Shown here: piece by piece, positions 1 through 12,055 of the stretch
How positions within the stretch are numbered: position 1 is the first letter of the stretch
Layout: each line of letters starts with the position of its first letter
NCBI GenBank assembly: GCA_964057225.1
Contig: OZ059895.1
Location: forward strand, 23,560,001-23,624,000
DNA: 64,000 bases
Direction of reading: 5' to 3'
Source of the DNA: Auanema rhodensis
Lineage: Eukaryota; Animalia; Nematoda
Program-made: the position numbers and the translations under genes
The notes under the pieces: model-generated
Told to the model about the DNA's origin: nothing
Database searches by the model: none
Seen by the model: the letters and a program-made list of their open reading frames with translations, nothing else

Positions 1-23
1 AATTCTTCAGGGTGAAAATCGAG

Positions 24-224
24 GATATAAGTGTGAACTTATATCAGTTGATATCTCGGTGCATTTTTAAGCTAGCGCAAATCTGATAACACAGATCGAC
101 GCAGCTTAAAAATCCGCATCGAATGCACTATACTAAATGGAGAAACGCTTAATACAAAAATTAGTTATGATCGTTTGAAAAATGATGCATTAGTGTATGT
201 TGAGTTTCCATGTACACTCAACAT
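24..224. other. Three inverted repeats in each Sat351 monomer (first copy shown)
   Basis: (1) GATATAAGT-gtga-ACTTATATC at 24-45. (2) ATTTTTAAGCT (63-73) / AGCTTAAAAAT (103-113), enclosing GCG/CGC and ATCTG/CAGAT. (3) ATGTTGAGT-10 nt-ACTCAACAT at 197-224. Confidence 0.93.
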
Positions 225-351
225 TGCTTCCAAAAACATTTTGACAAAAATTTTTTCGAAAAATTTCAAAATAATTTAGCAAAAAGTAGATGTTTTTAGA
301 TTCTTTTTTTCAAGGCAAAGACGATGGACATTGTTATTCAACGAAAAAATT

Positions 352-3300
352 AATTCTTCAGGGTGAAAATCGAGGATATAAGTGTGAACTTATATCAGTT
401 GATATCTCGGTGCATTTTTAAGCTAGCGCAAATCTGATAACACAGATCGACGCAGCTTAAAAATCCGCATCGAATGCACTATACTACATGGAGAAACGCT
501 TAATACAAAAATTAGTTATGATCGTTTGAAAAATGATGCATTAGTGTATGTTGAGTTTCCATGTACACTCAACATTGCTTCCAAAAACATTTTGACAAAA
601 ATTTTTTCGAAAAATTTCAAAATAATTTAGCAAGAAGTAGATGTTTTTAGATTTCTTTTTTTAAGGCAAAGACGATGGACATTGTTATTCAACGAAAAAA
701 TTAATTCTTCAGGGTGAAAATCGAGGATATAAGTGTGAACTTATATCAGTTGATATCTCGGTGCATTTTTAAGCTAGCGCAAATCTGATAACACAGATCG
801 ACGCAGCTTAAAAATCCGCATCGAATGCACTATACTACATTGAGAAACGCTTAATACAAAAATTAGTTATGATCGTTTGAAAAATGATGCATTAGTGTAT
901 GTTGAGTTTCCATGTACACTCAACATTGCTTCCAAAAACATTTTGACAAAAATTTTTTCGAAAAATTTCGAAATAATTTAGCAAAAAGTAGATGTTTTTA
1001 GATTCCTTTTTTCAAGGCAAAGACGATGGACATTGTTATTCAACGAAAAAATTAATTCTTCAGGGTGAAAATCGAGGATATAAGTGTGAACATATATCAG
1101 TTGATATCTCGGTGCATTTTTAAGCTAGCGCAAATCTGATAACACAGATCGACGCAGCTTAAAAATCCGCATCGAATGCACTATACTACATTGAGAAACG
1201 CTTAATACAAAAATTAGTTATGATCGTTTGAAAAATGATGCATTAGTGTATGTTGAGTTTCCATGTACACTCAACATTGCTTCCAAAAACATTTTGACAA
1301 AAATTTTTTCGAAAAATTTCAAAATAATTTAGCAAAAAGTAGATGTTTTTAGATTCTTTTTTTCAAGGCAAAGACGATGGACATTGTTATTCAACGAAAA
1401 AATTAATTCTTCAGGGTGAAAATCGAGGATATAAGTGTGAACTTATATCAGTTGATATCTCGGTGCATTTTTAAGCTAGCGCAAATCTGATAACACAGAT
1501 CGACGCAGCTTAAAAATCCGCATCGAATGCACTATACTACATGGAGAAACGCTTAATACAAAAATTAGTTATGATCGTTTGAAAAATGATGCATTAGTGT
1601 ATGTTGAGTTTCCATGTACACTCAACATTGCTTCCAAAAACATTTTGACAAAAATTTTTTCGAAAAATTTCAAAATAATTTAGCAAAAAGTAGATGTTTT
1701 TAGATTCTTTTTTTCAAGGCAAAGACGATGGACATTGTTATTCAACGAAAAAATTAATTCTTCAGGGTGAAAATCGAGGATATAAGTGTGAACTTATATC
1801 AGTTGATATCTCGGTGCATTTTTAAGCTAGCGCAAATCTGATAACACAGATCGACGCAGCTTAAAAATCCGCATCGAATGCACTATACTACATGGAGAAA
1901 CGCTTAATACAAAAATTAGTTATGATCGTTTGAAAAATGATGCATTAGTGTATGTTGAGTTTCCATGTACACTCAACATTGCTTCCAAAAACATTTTGAC
2001 AAAAATTTTTTCGAAAAATTTCAAAATAATTTAGCAAAAAGTAGATGTTTTTAGATTCCTTTTTTCAAGGCAAAGACGATGGACATTGTTATTCAACGAA
2101 AAAATTAATTCTTCAGGGTGAAAATCGAGGATATAAGTGTGAACTTATATCAGTTGATATCTCGGTGCATTTTTAAGCTAGCGCAAATCTGATAACACAG
2201 ATCGACGCAGCTTAAAAATCCGCATCGAATGCACTATACTACATGGAGAAACGCTTAATACAAAAATTAGTTATGATCGTTTGAAAAATGATGCATTAGT
2301 GTATGTTGAGTTTCCATGTACACTCAACATTGCTTCCAAAAACATTTTGACAAAAATTTTTTCGAAAAATTTCAAAATAATTTAGCAAGAAGTAGATGTT
2401 TTTAGATTTCTTTTTTTAAGGCAAAGACGATGGACATTGTTATTCAACGAAAAAATTAATTCTTCAGGGTGAAAATCGAGGATATAAGTGTGAACTTATA
2501 TCAGTTGATATCTCGGTGCATTTTTAAGCTAGCGCAAATCTGATAACACAGATCGACGCAGCTTAAAAATCCGCATCGAATGCACTATACTACATGGAGA
2601 AACGCTTAATACAAAAATTAGTTATGATCGTTTGAAAAATGATGCATTAGTGTATGTTGAGTTTCCATGTACACTCAACATTGCTTCCAAAAACATTTTG
2701 ACAAAAATTTTTTCGAAAAATTTCAAAATAATTTAGCAAAAAGTAGATGTTTTTAGATTCTTTTTTTCAAGGCAAAGACGATGGACATTGTTATTCAACG
2801 AAAAAATTAATTCTTCAGGGTGAAAATCGAGGATATAAGTGTGAACTTATATCAGTTGATATCTCGGTGCATTTTTAAGCTAGCGCAAATCTGATAACAC
2901 AGATCGACGCAGCTTAAAAATCCGCATCGAATGCACTATACTACATGGAGAAACGCTTAATACAAAAATTAGTTATGATCGTTTGAAAAATGATGCATTA
3001 GTGTATGTTGAGTTTCCATGTACACTCAACATTGCTTCCAAAAACATTTTGACAAAAATTTTTTCGAAAAATTTCAAAATAATTTAGCAAAAAGTAGATG
3101 TTTTTAGATTCCTTTTTTCAAGGCAAAGACGATGGACATTGTTATTCAACGAAAAAATTAATTCTTCAGGGTGAAAATCGAGGATATAAGTGTGAACTTA
3201 TATCAGTTGATATCTCGGTGCATTTTTAAGCTAGCGCAAATCTGATAACACAGATCGACGCAGCTTAAAAATCCGCATCGAATGCACTATACTACATGGA

Positions 3301-6300
3301 GAAACGCTTAATACAAAAATTAGTTATGATCGTTTGAAAAATGATGCATTAGTGTATGTTGAGTTTCCATGTACACTCAACATTGCTTCCAAAAACATTT
3401 TGACAAAAATTTTTTCGAAAAATTTCAAAATAATTTAGCAAAAAGTAGATGTTTTTAGATTTCTTTTTTTAAGGCAAAGACGATGGACATTGTTATTCAA
3501 CGAAAAAATTAATTCTTCAGGGTGAAAATCGAGGATATAAGTGTGAACTTATATCAGTTGATATCTCGGTGCATTTTTAAGCTAGCGCAAATCTGATAAC
3601 ACAGATCGACGCAGCTTAAAAATCCGCATCGAATGCACTATACTACATTGAGAAACGCTTAATACAAAAATTAGTTATGATCGTTTGAAAAATGATGCAT
3701 TAGTGTATGTTGAGTTTCCATGTACACTCAACATTGCTTCCAAAAACATTTTGACAAAAATTTTTTCGAAAAATTTCGAAATAATTTAGCAAAAAGTAGA
3801 TGTTTTTAGATTCCTTTTTTCAAGGCAAAGACGATGGACATTGTTATTCAACGAAAAAATTAATTCTTCAGGGTGAAAATCGAGGATATAAGTGTGAACA
3901 TATATCAGTTGATATCTCGGTGCATTTTTAAGCTAGCGCAAATCTGATAACACAGATCGACGCAGCTTAAAAATCCGCATCGAATGCACTATACTACATT
4001 GAGAAACGCTTAATACAAAAATTAGTTATGATCGTTTGAAAAATGATGCATTAGTGTATGTTGAGTTTCCATGTACACTCAACATTGCTTCCAAAAACAT
4101 TTTGACAAAAATTTTTTCGAAAAATTTCAAAATAATTTAGCAAAAAGTAGATGTTTTTAGATTCTTTTTTTCAAGGCAAAGACGATGGACATTGTTATTC
4201 AACGAAAAAATTAATTCTTCAGGGTGAAAATCGAGGATATAAGTGTGAACTTATATCAGTTGATATCTCGGTGCATTTTTAAGCTAGCGCAAATCTGATA
4301 ACACAGATCGACGCAGCTTAAAAATCCGCATCGAATGCACTATACTACATGGAGAAACGCTTAATACAAAAATTAGTTATGATCGTTTGAAAAATGATGC
4401 ATTAGTGTATGTTGAGTTTCCATGTACACTCAACATTGCTTCCAAAAACATTTTGACAAAAATTTTTTCGAAAAATTTCAAAATAATTTAGCAAAAAGTA
4501 GATGTTTTTAGATTCTTTTTTTCAAGGCAAAGACGATGGACATTGTTATTCAACGAAAAAATTAATTCTTCAGGGTGAAAATCGAGGATATAAGTGTGAA
4601 CTTATATCAGTTGATATCTCGGTGCATTTTTAAGCTAGCGCAAATCTGATAACACAGATCGACGCAGCTTAAAAATCCGCATCGAATGCACTATACTACA
4701 TGGAGAAACGCTTAATACAAAAATTAGTTATGATCGTTTGAAAAATGATGCATTAGTGTATGTTGAGTTTCCATGTACACTCAACATTGCTTCCAAAAAC
4801 ATTTTGACAAAAATTTTTTCGAAAAATTTCAAAATAATTTAGCAAAAAGTAGATGTTTTTAGATTCCTTTTTTCAAGGCAAAGACGATGGACATTGTTAT
4901 TCAACGAAAAAATTAATTCTTCAGGGTGAAAATCGAGGATATAAGTGTGAACTTATATCAGTTGATATCTCGGTGCATTTTTAAGCTAGCGCAAATCTGA
5001 TAACACAGATCGACGCAGCTTAAAAATCCGCATCGAATGCACTATACTACATGGAGAAACGCTTAATACAAAAATTAGTTATGATCGTTTGAAAAATGAT
5101 GCATTAGTGTATGTTGAGTTTCCATGTACACTCAACATTGCTTCCAAAAACATTTTGACAAAAATTTTTTCGAAAAATTTCAAAATAATTTAGCAAGAAG
5201 TAGATGTTTTTAGATTTCTTTTTTTAAGGCAAAGACGATGGACATTGTTATTCAACGAAAAAATTAATTCTTCAGGGTGAAAATCGAGGATATAAGTGTG
5301 AACTTATATCAGTTGATATCTCGGTGCATTTTTAAGCTAGCGCAAATCTGATAACACAGATCGACGCAGCTTAAAAATCCGCATCGAATGCACTATACTA
5401 CATGGAGAAACGCTTAATACAAAAATTAGTTATGATCGTTTGAAAAATGATGCATTAGTGTATGTTGAGTTTCCATGTACACTCAACATTGCTTCCAAAA
5501 ACATTTTGACAAAAATTTTTTCGAAAAATTTCAAAATAATTTAGCAAAAAGTAGATGTTTTTAGATTCTTTTTTTCAAGGCAAAGACGATGGACATTGTT
5601 ATTCAACGAAAAAATTAATTCTTCAGGGTGAAAATCGAGGATATAAGTGTGAACTTATATCAGTTGATATCTCGGTGCATTTTTAAGCTAGCGCAAATCT
5701 GATAACACAGATCGACGCAGCTTAAAAATCCGCATCGAATGCACTATACTACATGGAGAAACGCTTAATACAAAAATTAGTTATGATCGTTTGAAAAATG
5801 ATGCATTAGTGTATGTTGAGTTTCCATGTACACTCAACATTGCTTCCAAAAACATTTTGACAAAAATTTTTTCGAAAAATTTCAAAATAATTTAGCAAAA
5901 AGTAGATGTTTTTAGATTCCTTTTTTCAAGGCAAAGACGATGGACATTGTTATTCAACGAAAAAATTAATTCTTCAGGGTGAAAATCGAGGATATAAGTG
6001 TGAACTTATATCAGTTGATATCTCGGTGCATTTTTAAGCTAGCGCAAATCTGATAACACAGATCGACGCAGCTTAAAAATCCGCATCGAATGCACTATAC
6101 TACATGGAGAAACGCTTAATACAAAAATTAGTTATGATCGTTTGAAAAATGATGCATTAGTGTATGTTGAGTTTCCATGTACACTCAACATTGCTTCCAA
6201 AAACATTTTGACAAAAATTTTTTCGAAAAATTTCAAAATAATTTAGCAAGAAGTAGATGTTTTTAGATTTCTTTTTTTAAGGCAAAGACGATGGACATTG

Positions 6301-6318
6301 TTATTCAACGAAAAAATT
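352..6318 (+). repeat. Higher-order repeat of 8 x 351 bp (2808 bp), about 2.1 copies
   Basis: Rare variants recur exactly 2808 bp apart: TTTCGAAAT G at 970/3778 and GAACATAT A at 1092/3900. CAAGAAG monomers 7 and 15 also match, as do the T-tract alleles of monomers 8/16 and 9/17. The pattern breaks at monomer 19. Confidence 0.9.
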
Positions 6319-9300
6319 AATTCTTCAGGGTGAAAATCGAGGATATAAGTGTGAACTTATATCAGTTGATATCTCGGTGCATTTTTAAGCTAGCGCAAAT
6401 CTGATAACACAGATCGACGCAGCTTAAAAATCCGCATCGAATGCACTATACTACATGGAGAAACGCTTAATACAAAAATTAGTTATGATCGTTTGAAAAA
6501 TGATGCATTAGTGTATGTTGAGTTTCCATGTACACTCAACATTGCTTCCAAAAACATTTTGACAAAAATTTTTTCGAAAAATTTCAAAATAATTTAGCAA
6601 AAAGTAGATGTTTTTAGATTCCTTTTTTCAAGGCAAAGACGATGGACAATGTTATTCAACGAAAAAATTAATTCTTCAGGGTGAAAATCGAGGATATAAG
6701 TGTGAACTTATATCAGTTGATATCTCGGTGCATTTTTAAGCTAGCGCAAATCTGATAACACAGATCGACGCAGCTTAAAAATCCGCATCGAATGCACTAT
6801 ACTACATGGAGAAACGCTTAATACAAAAATTAGTTATGATCGTTTGAAAAATGATGCATTAGTGTATGTTGAGTTTCCATGTACACTCAACATTGCTTCC
6901 AAAAACATTTTGACAAAAATTTTTTCGAAAAATTTCAAAATAATTTAGCAAAAAGTAGATGTTTTTAGATTCCTTTTTTCAAGGCAAAGACGATGGACAA
7001 TGTTATTCAACGAAAAAATTGATTCTTCAGGGTGAAAATCGAGGATATAAGTGTGAACTTATATCAGTTGATATCTCGGTGCATTTTTAAGCTAGCGCAA
7101 ATCTGATAACACAGATCGACGCAGCTTAAAAATCTGCATCGAATGCACTATACTACATTGAGAAACGCTTAATACAAAAATTAGTTATGATCGTTTGAAA
7201 AATGATGCCTTAGTGTATGTTGAGTTTCCATGTACACTCAACATTGCTTCCAAAAACATTTTGACAAAAATTTTTTCGAAAAATTTCAAAATAATTTAGC
7301 AAAAAGTAGATGTTTTTAGATTCCTTTTTTCAAGGCAAAGACGATGGACAATGTTATTCAACGAAAAAATTAATTCTTCAGGGTGAAAATCGAGGATATA
7401 AGTGTGAACTTATATCAGTTGATATCTCGGTGCATTTTTAAGCTAGCGCAAATCTGATAACACAGATCGACGCAGCTTAAAAATCCGCATCGAATGCACT
7501 ATACTACATGGAGAAACGCTTAATACAAAAATTAGTTATGATCGTTTGAAAAATGATGCATTAGTGTATGTTGAGTTTCCATGTACACTCAACATTGCTT
7601 CCAAAAACATTTTGACAAAAATTTTTTCGAAAAATTTCAAAATAATTTAGCAAAAAGTAGATGTTTTTAGATTTCTTTTTTCAAGGCAAAGACGATGGAC
7701 AATGTTATTCAACGAAAAAATTAATTCTTCAGGGTGAAAATCGAGGATATAAGTGTGAACTTATATCAGTTGATATCTCGGTGCATTTTTAAGCTAGCGC
7801 AAATCTGATAACACAGATCGACGCAGCTTAAAAATCCGCATCGAATGCACTATACTACATTGAGAAACGCTTAATACAAAAATTAGTTATGATCGTTTGA
7901 AAAATGATGCATTAGTGTATGTTGAGTTTCCATGTACACTCAACATTGCTTCCAAAAACATTTTGACAAAAATTTTTTCGAAAAATTTCAAGATAATTTA
8001 GCAAAAAGTAGATGTTTTTAGATTCCTTTTTTCAAGGCAAAGACGATGGACAATGTTATTCAACGAAAAAATTATTCCTTCAGGGTGAAAATCGAGGATA
8101 TAAGTGTGAACTTATATCAGTTGATATCTCGGTGCATTTTTAAGCTAGCGCAAATCTGATAACACAGATCGACGCAGCTTAAAAATCCGCATCAAATGCA
8201 CTATACTACATTGAGAAACGCTTAATACAAAAATTAGTTATGATCGTTTGAAAAATGATGCATTAGTGTATGTTGAGTTTCCATGTACACTCAACAATGC
8301 TTCCAAAAACATTTTGACAAAAATTTTTTCGAAAAATTTCAAAATAATTTAGCAAAAAGTAGATGTTTTTAGATTCCTTTTTTCAAGGCAAAGACGATGG
8401 ACAATGTTATTCAACGAAAAATTTAATTCTTCAGGGTGAAAATCGAGGATATAAGTGTGAACTTATATCAGTTGATATCTCGGTGCATTTTTAAGCTAGC
8501 GCAAATCTGATAACACAGATCGATGCAGCTTAAAAATCCGCATCGAATGCACTATACTACATTGAGAAACGCTTAATACAAAAATTAGTTATGATCGTTT
8601 GAAAAATGATGCATTAGTGTATGTTGAGTTTCCATGTACACTCAACAATGCTTCCAAAAACATTTTGACAAAAATTTTTTCGAAAAATTTCAAAATAATT
8701 TAGCAAAAAGTAGTTGTTTTTAGATTTCTTTTTCCAAGGCAAAGACGATGGACAATGTTATTCAACGAAAAAATTATTCCTTCAGGGTGAAAATCGAGGA
8801 TATAAGTGTGAACTTATATCAGTTGATATCTCGGTGCATTTTTAAGCTAGCGCAAATCTGATAACACAGATCGACGCAGCTTAAAAATCCGCATCGAATG
8901 CACTATACTACATTGAGAAACGCTTAATACAAAAATTAGTTATGATCGTTTGAAAAATGATGCATTAGTGTATGTTGAGTTTCCATGTACACTCAACATT
9001 GCTTCCAAAAACATTTTGACAAAAATTTTTTCGAAAAATTTCAAAATAATTTAGCAAAAAGTAGATGTTTTTAGATTCCTTTTTTCAAGGCAAAGACGAT
9101 GGACAATGTTATTCAACGAAAAAATTATTCCTTCAGGGTGAAAATCGAGGATATAAGTGTGAACTTATATCAGTTGATATCTCGGTGCATTTTTAAGCTA
9201 GCGCAAATCTGATAACACAGATCGACGCAGCTTAAAAATCCGCATCGAATGCACTATACTACATTGAGAAACGCTTAATACAAAAATTAGTTATGATCGT

Positions 9301-9726
9301 TTGAAAAATGATGCATTAGTGTATGTTGAGTTTCCATGTACACTCAACATTGCTTCCAAAAACATTTTGACAAAAATTTTTTCGAAAAATTTCAAGATAA
9401 TTTAGCAAAAAGTAGATGTTTTTAGATTCCTTTTTTCAAGGCAAAGACGATGGACAATGTTATTCAACGAAAAAATTATTCCTTCAGGGTGAAAATCGAG
9501 GATATAAGTGTGAACTTATATCAGTTGATATCTCGGTGCATTTTTAAGCTAGCGCAAATCTGATAACACAGATCGACGCAGCTTAAAAATCCGCATCGAA
9601 TGCACTATACTACATTGAGAAACGCTTAATACAAAAATTAGTTATGATCCTTTGAAAAATGATGCATTAGTGTATGTTGAGTTTCCATGTACACTCAACA
9701 ATGCTTCCAAAAACATTTTGACAAAA

Positions 9727-9737
9727 CATAACATTTT
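9727..9737. other. Inversion junction 1: 11-nt filler CATAACATTTT
   Basis: The forward consensus ends at ...TTTTGACAAAA (9726) and the reverse consensus resumes at TGCGTCGATCTG (9738). The filler consists of pieces of AAAACATTTTG located about 15 nt upstream. Confidence 0.9.
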
Positions 9738-12055
9738 TGCGTCGATCTGTGTTATCAGATTTGCGCTAGCTTAAAAATGCACCGAGATATCAACTGATAT
9801 AAGTTCACACTTATATCCTCGATTTTCACCCTGAAGAATTAATTTTTTCGTTGAATAACATTGTCCATCGTCTTTGCCTTGAAAAAAGGAATCTAAAAAC
9901 ATCTACTTTTTGCTAAATTATTTTGAAATTTTTCGAAAAAATTTTTGTCAAAATGTTTTTGGAAGCATTGTTGAGTGTACATGGAAACTCAACATACACT
10001 AATGCATCATTTTTCAAACGATCATAACTAATTTTTGTATTAAGCGTTTCTCAATGTAGTATAGTGCATTCGATGCGGATTTTTAAGCTGCGTCGATCTG
10101 TGTTATCAGATTTGCGCTAGCTTAAAAATGCACCGAGATATCAACTGATATAAGTTCACACTTATATCCTCGATTTTCACCCTGAAGGAATAATTTTTTC
10201 GTTGAATAACATTGTCCATCGTCTTTGCCTTGAAAAAAGGAATCTAAAAACATCTACTTTTTGCTAAATTATTTTGAAATTTTTCGAAAAAATTTTTGTC
10301 AAAATGTTTTTGGAAGCATTGTTGAGTGTACATGGAAACTCAACATACACTAATGCATCATTTTTCAAACGATCATAACTAATTTTTGTATTAAGCGTTT
10401 CTCAATGTAGTATAGTGCATTCGATGCGGATTTTTAAGCTGCGTCGATCTGTGTTATCAGATTTGCGCTAGCTTAAAAATGCACCGAGATATCAACTGAT
10501 ATAAGTTCACACTTATATCCTCGATTTTCACCCTGAAGGAATAATTTTTTCGTTGAATGACATTGTCCATCGTCTTTGCCTTGAAAAAAGGAATCTAAAA
10601 ACATCTACTTTTTGCTAAATTATTTTGAAATTTTTCGAAAAAATTTTTGTCAAAATGTTTTTGGAAGCAATGTTGAGTGTACATGGAAACTCAACATACA
10701 CTAATGCATCATTTTTCAAACGATCATAACTAATTTTTGTATTAAGCGTTTCTCAATGTAGTATAGTGCATTCGATGCGGATTTTTAAGCTGCGTCGATC
10801 TGTGTTATCAGATTTGCGCTAGCTTAAAAATGCACCGAGATATCAACTGATATAAGTTCACACTTATATCCTCGATTTTCACCCTGAAGGAATAATTTTT
10901 TCGTTGAATAACATTGTCCATCGTCTTTGCCTTGAAAAAAGGAATCTAAAAACATCTACTTTTTGCTAAATTATTTTGAAATTTTTCGAAAAAATTTTTG
11001 TCAAAATGTTTTTGGAAGCAATGTTGAGTGTACATGGAAACTCAACATACACTAATGCATCATTTTTCAAACGATCATAACTAATTTTTGTATTAAGCGT
11101 TTCTCAATGTAGTATAGTGCATTCGATGCGGATTTTTAAGCTGCGTCGATCTGTGTTATCAGATTTGCGCTAGCTTAAAAATGCACCGAGATATCAACTG
11201 ATATAAGTTCACACTTATATCCTCGATTTTCACCCTGAAGAATTAATTTTTTCGTTGAATAACATTGTCCATCGTCTTTGCCTTGAAAAAAGGAATCTAA
11301 AAACATCTACTTTTTGCTAAATTATTTTGAAATTTTTCGAAAAAATTTTTGTCAAAATGTTTTTGGAAGCATTGTTGAGTGTACATGGAAACTCAACATA
11401 CACTAATGCATCATTTTTCAAAGGATCATAACTAATTTTTGTATTAAGCGTTTCTCAATGTAGTATAGTGCATTCGATGCGGATTTTTAAGCTGCGTCGA
11501 TCTGTGTTATCAGATTTGCGCTAGCTTAAAAATACACCGAGATATCAACTGATATAAGTTCACACTTATATCCTCGATTTTCACCCTGAAGAATTAATTT
11601 TTTCGTTGAATAACATTGTCCATCGTCTTTGCCATGAAAAAAGGAATCTAAAAACATCTACTTTTTGCTAAATTATTTTGAAATTTTTCGAAAAAATTTT
11701 TGTCAAAATGTTTTTGGAAGCATTGTTGAGTGTACATGGAAACTCAACATACACTAATGCATCATTTTTCAAACGATCATAACTAATTTTTGTATTAAGC
11801 GTTTCTCAATGTAGTATAGTGCATTCGATGCGGATTTTTAAGCTGCGTCGATCTGTGTTATCAGATTTGCGCTAGCTTAAAAATGCACCGAGATATCAAC
11901 TGATATAAGTTCACACTTATATCCTCGATTTTCACCCTGAAGAATTAATTTTTTCGTTGAATAACATTGTCCATCGTCTTTGCCTTGAAAAAAGGAATCT
12001 AAAAACATCTACTTTTTGCTAAATTATTTTGAAATTTTTCGAAAAAATTTTTGTC
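9738..12055 (-). repeat. Sat351 inverted block, 6.6 copies
   Basis: Reverse complement of Sat351 (e.g. CCTGAAGAATT, GCGTCGATCTGTGTTATCAGAT). Length 2318 = 103 + 6x351 + 109, so the ends lie at monomer positions 103 (left) and 243 (right). Confidence 0.99.

Larger units (their letters stand above)
1..9726 (+). repeat. Satellite array, 351-bp monomer (Sat351), about 27.7 head-to-tail copies; probably continues left of the window
   Basis: The monomer start AATTCTTCAGGGTGAAAATCGAGG recurs at 1, 352, 3511 (1+10x351) and 7021 (1+20x351, GATTC variant). Copies differ only by a few substitutions. The last copy starts at 9478 and stops at monomer position 249. Confidence 0.99.

Noticed and set aside
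58-120. tRNA, 5S, snRNA or intrinsic terminator in the Sat351 hairpins
   Set aside because: There is no cloverleaf, no Pol III A/B boxes and no recognisable RNA family motif, and no gene context for a terminator.
1-351. Sat351 as a diverged dimer of a roughly 175-bp subunit
   Set aside because: The two halves show no convincing alignment by eye; only the hairpin spacing is suggestive.
9846-9862. CENP-B box-like TTTCGTTGAATAACA on the Sat351 reverse strand
   Set aside because: Only the TTCG half matches; the essential CGGG of NTTCGNNNNANNCGGGN is absent.
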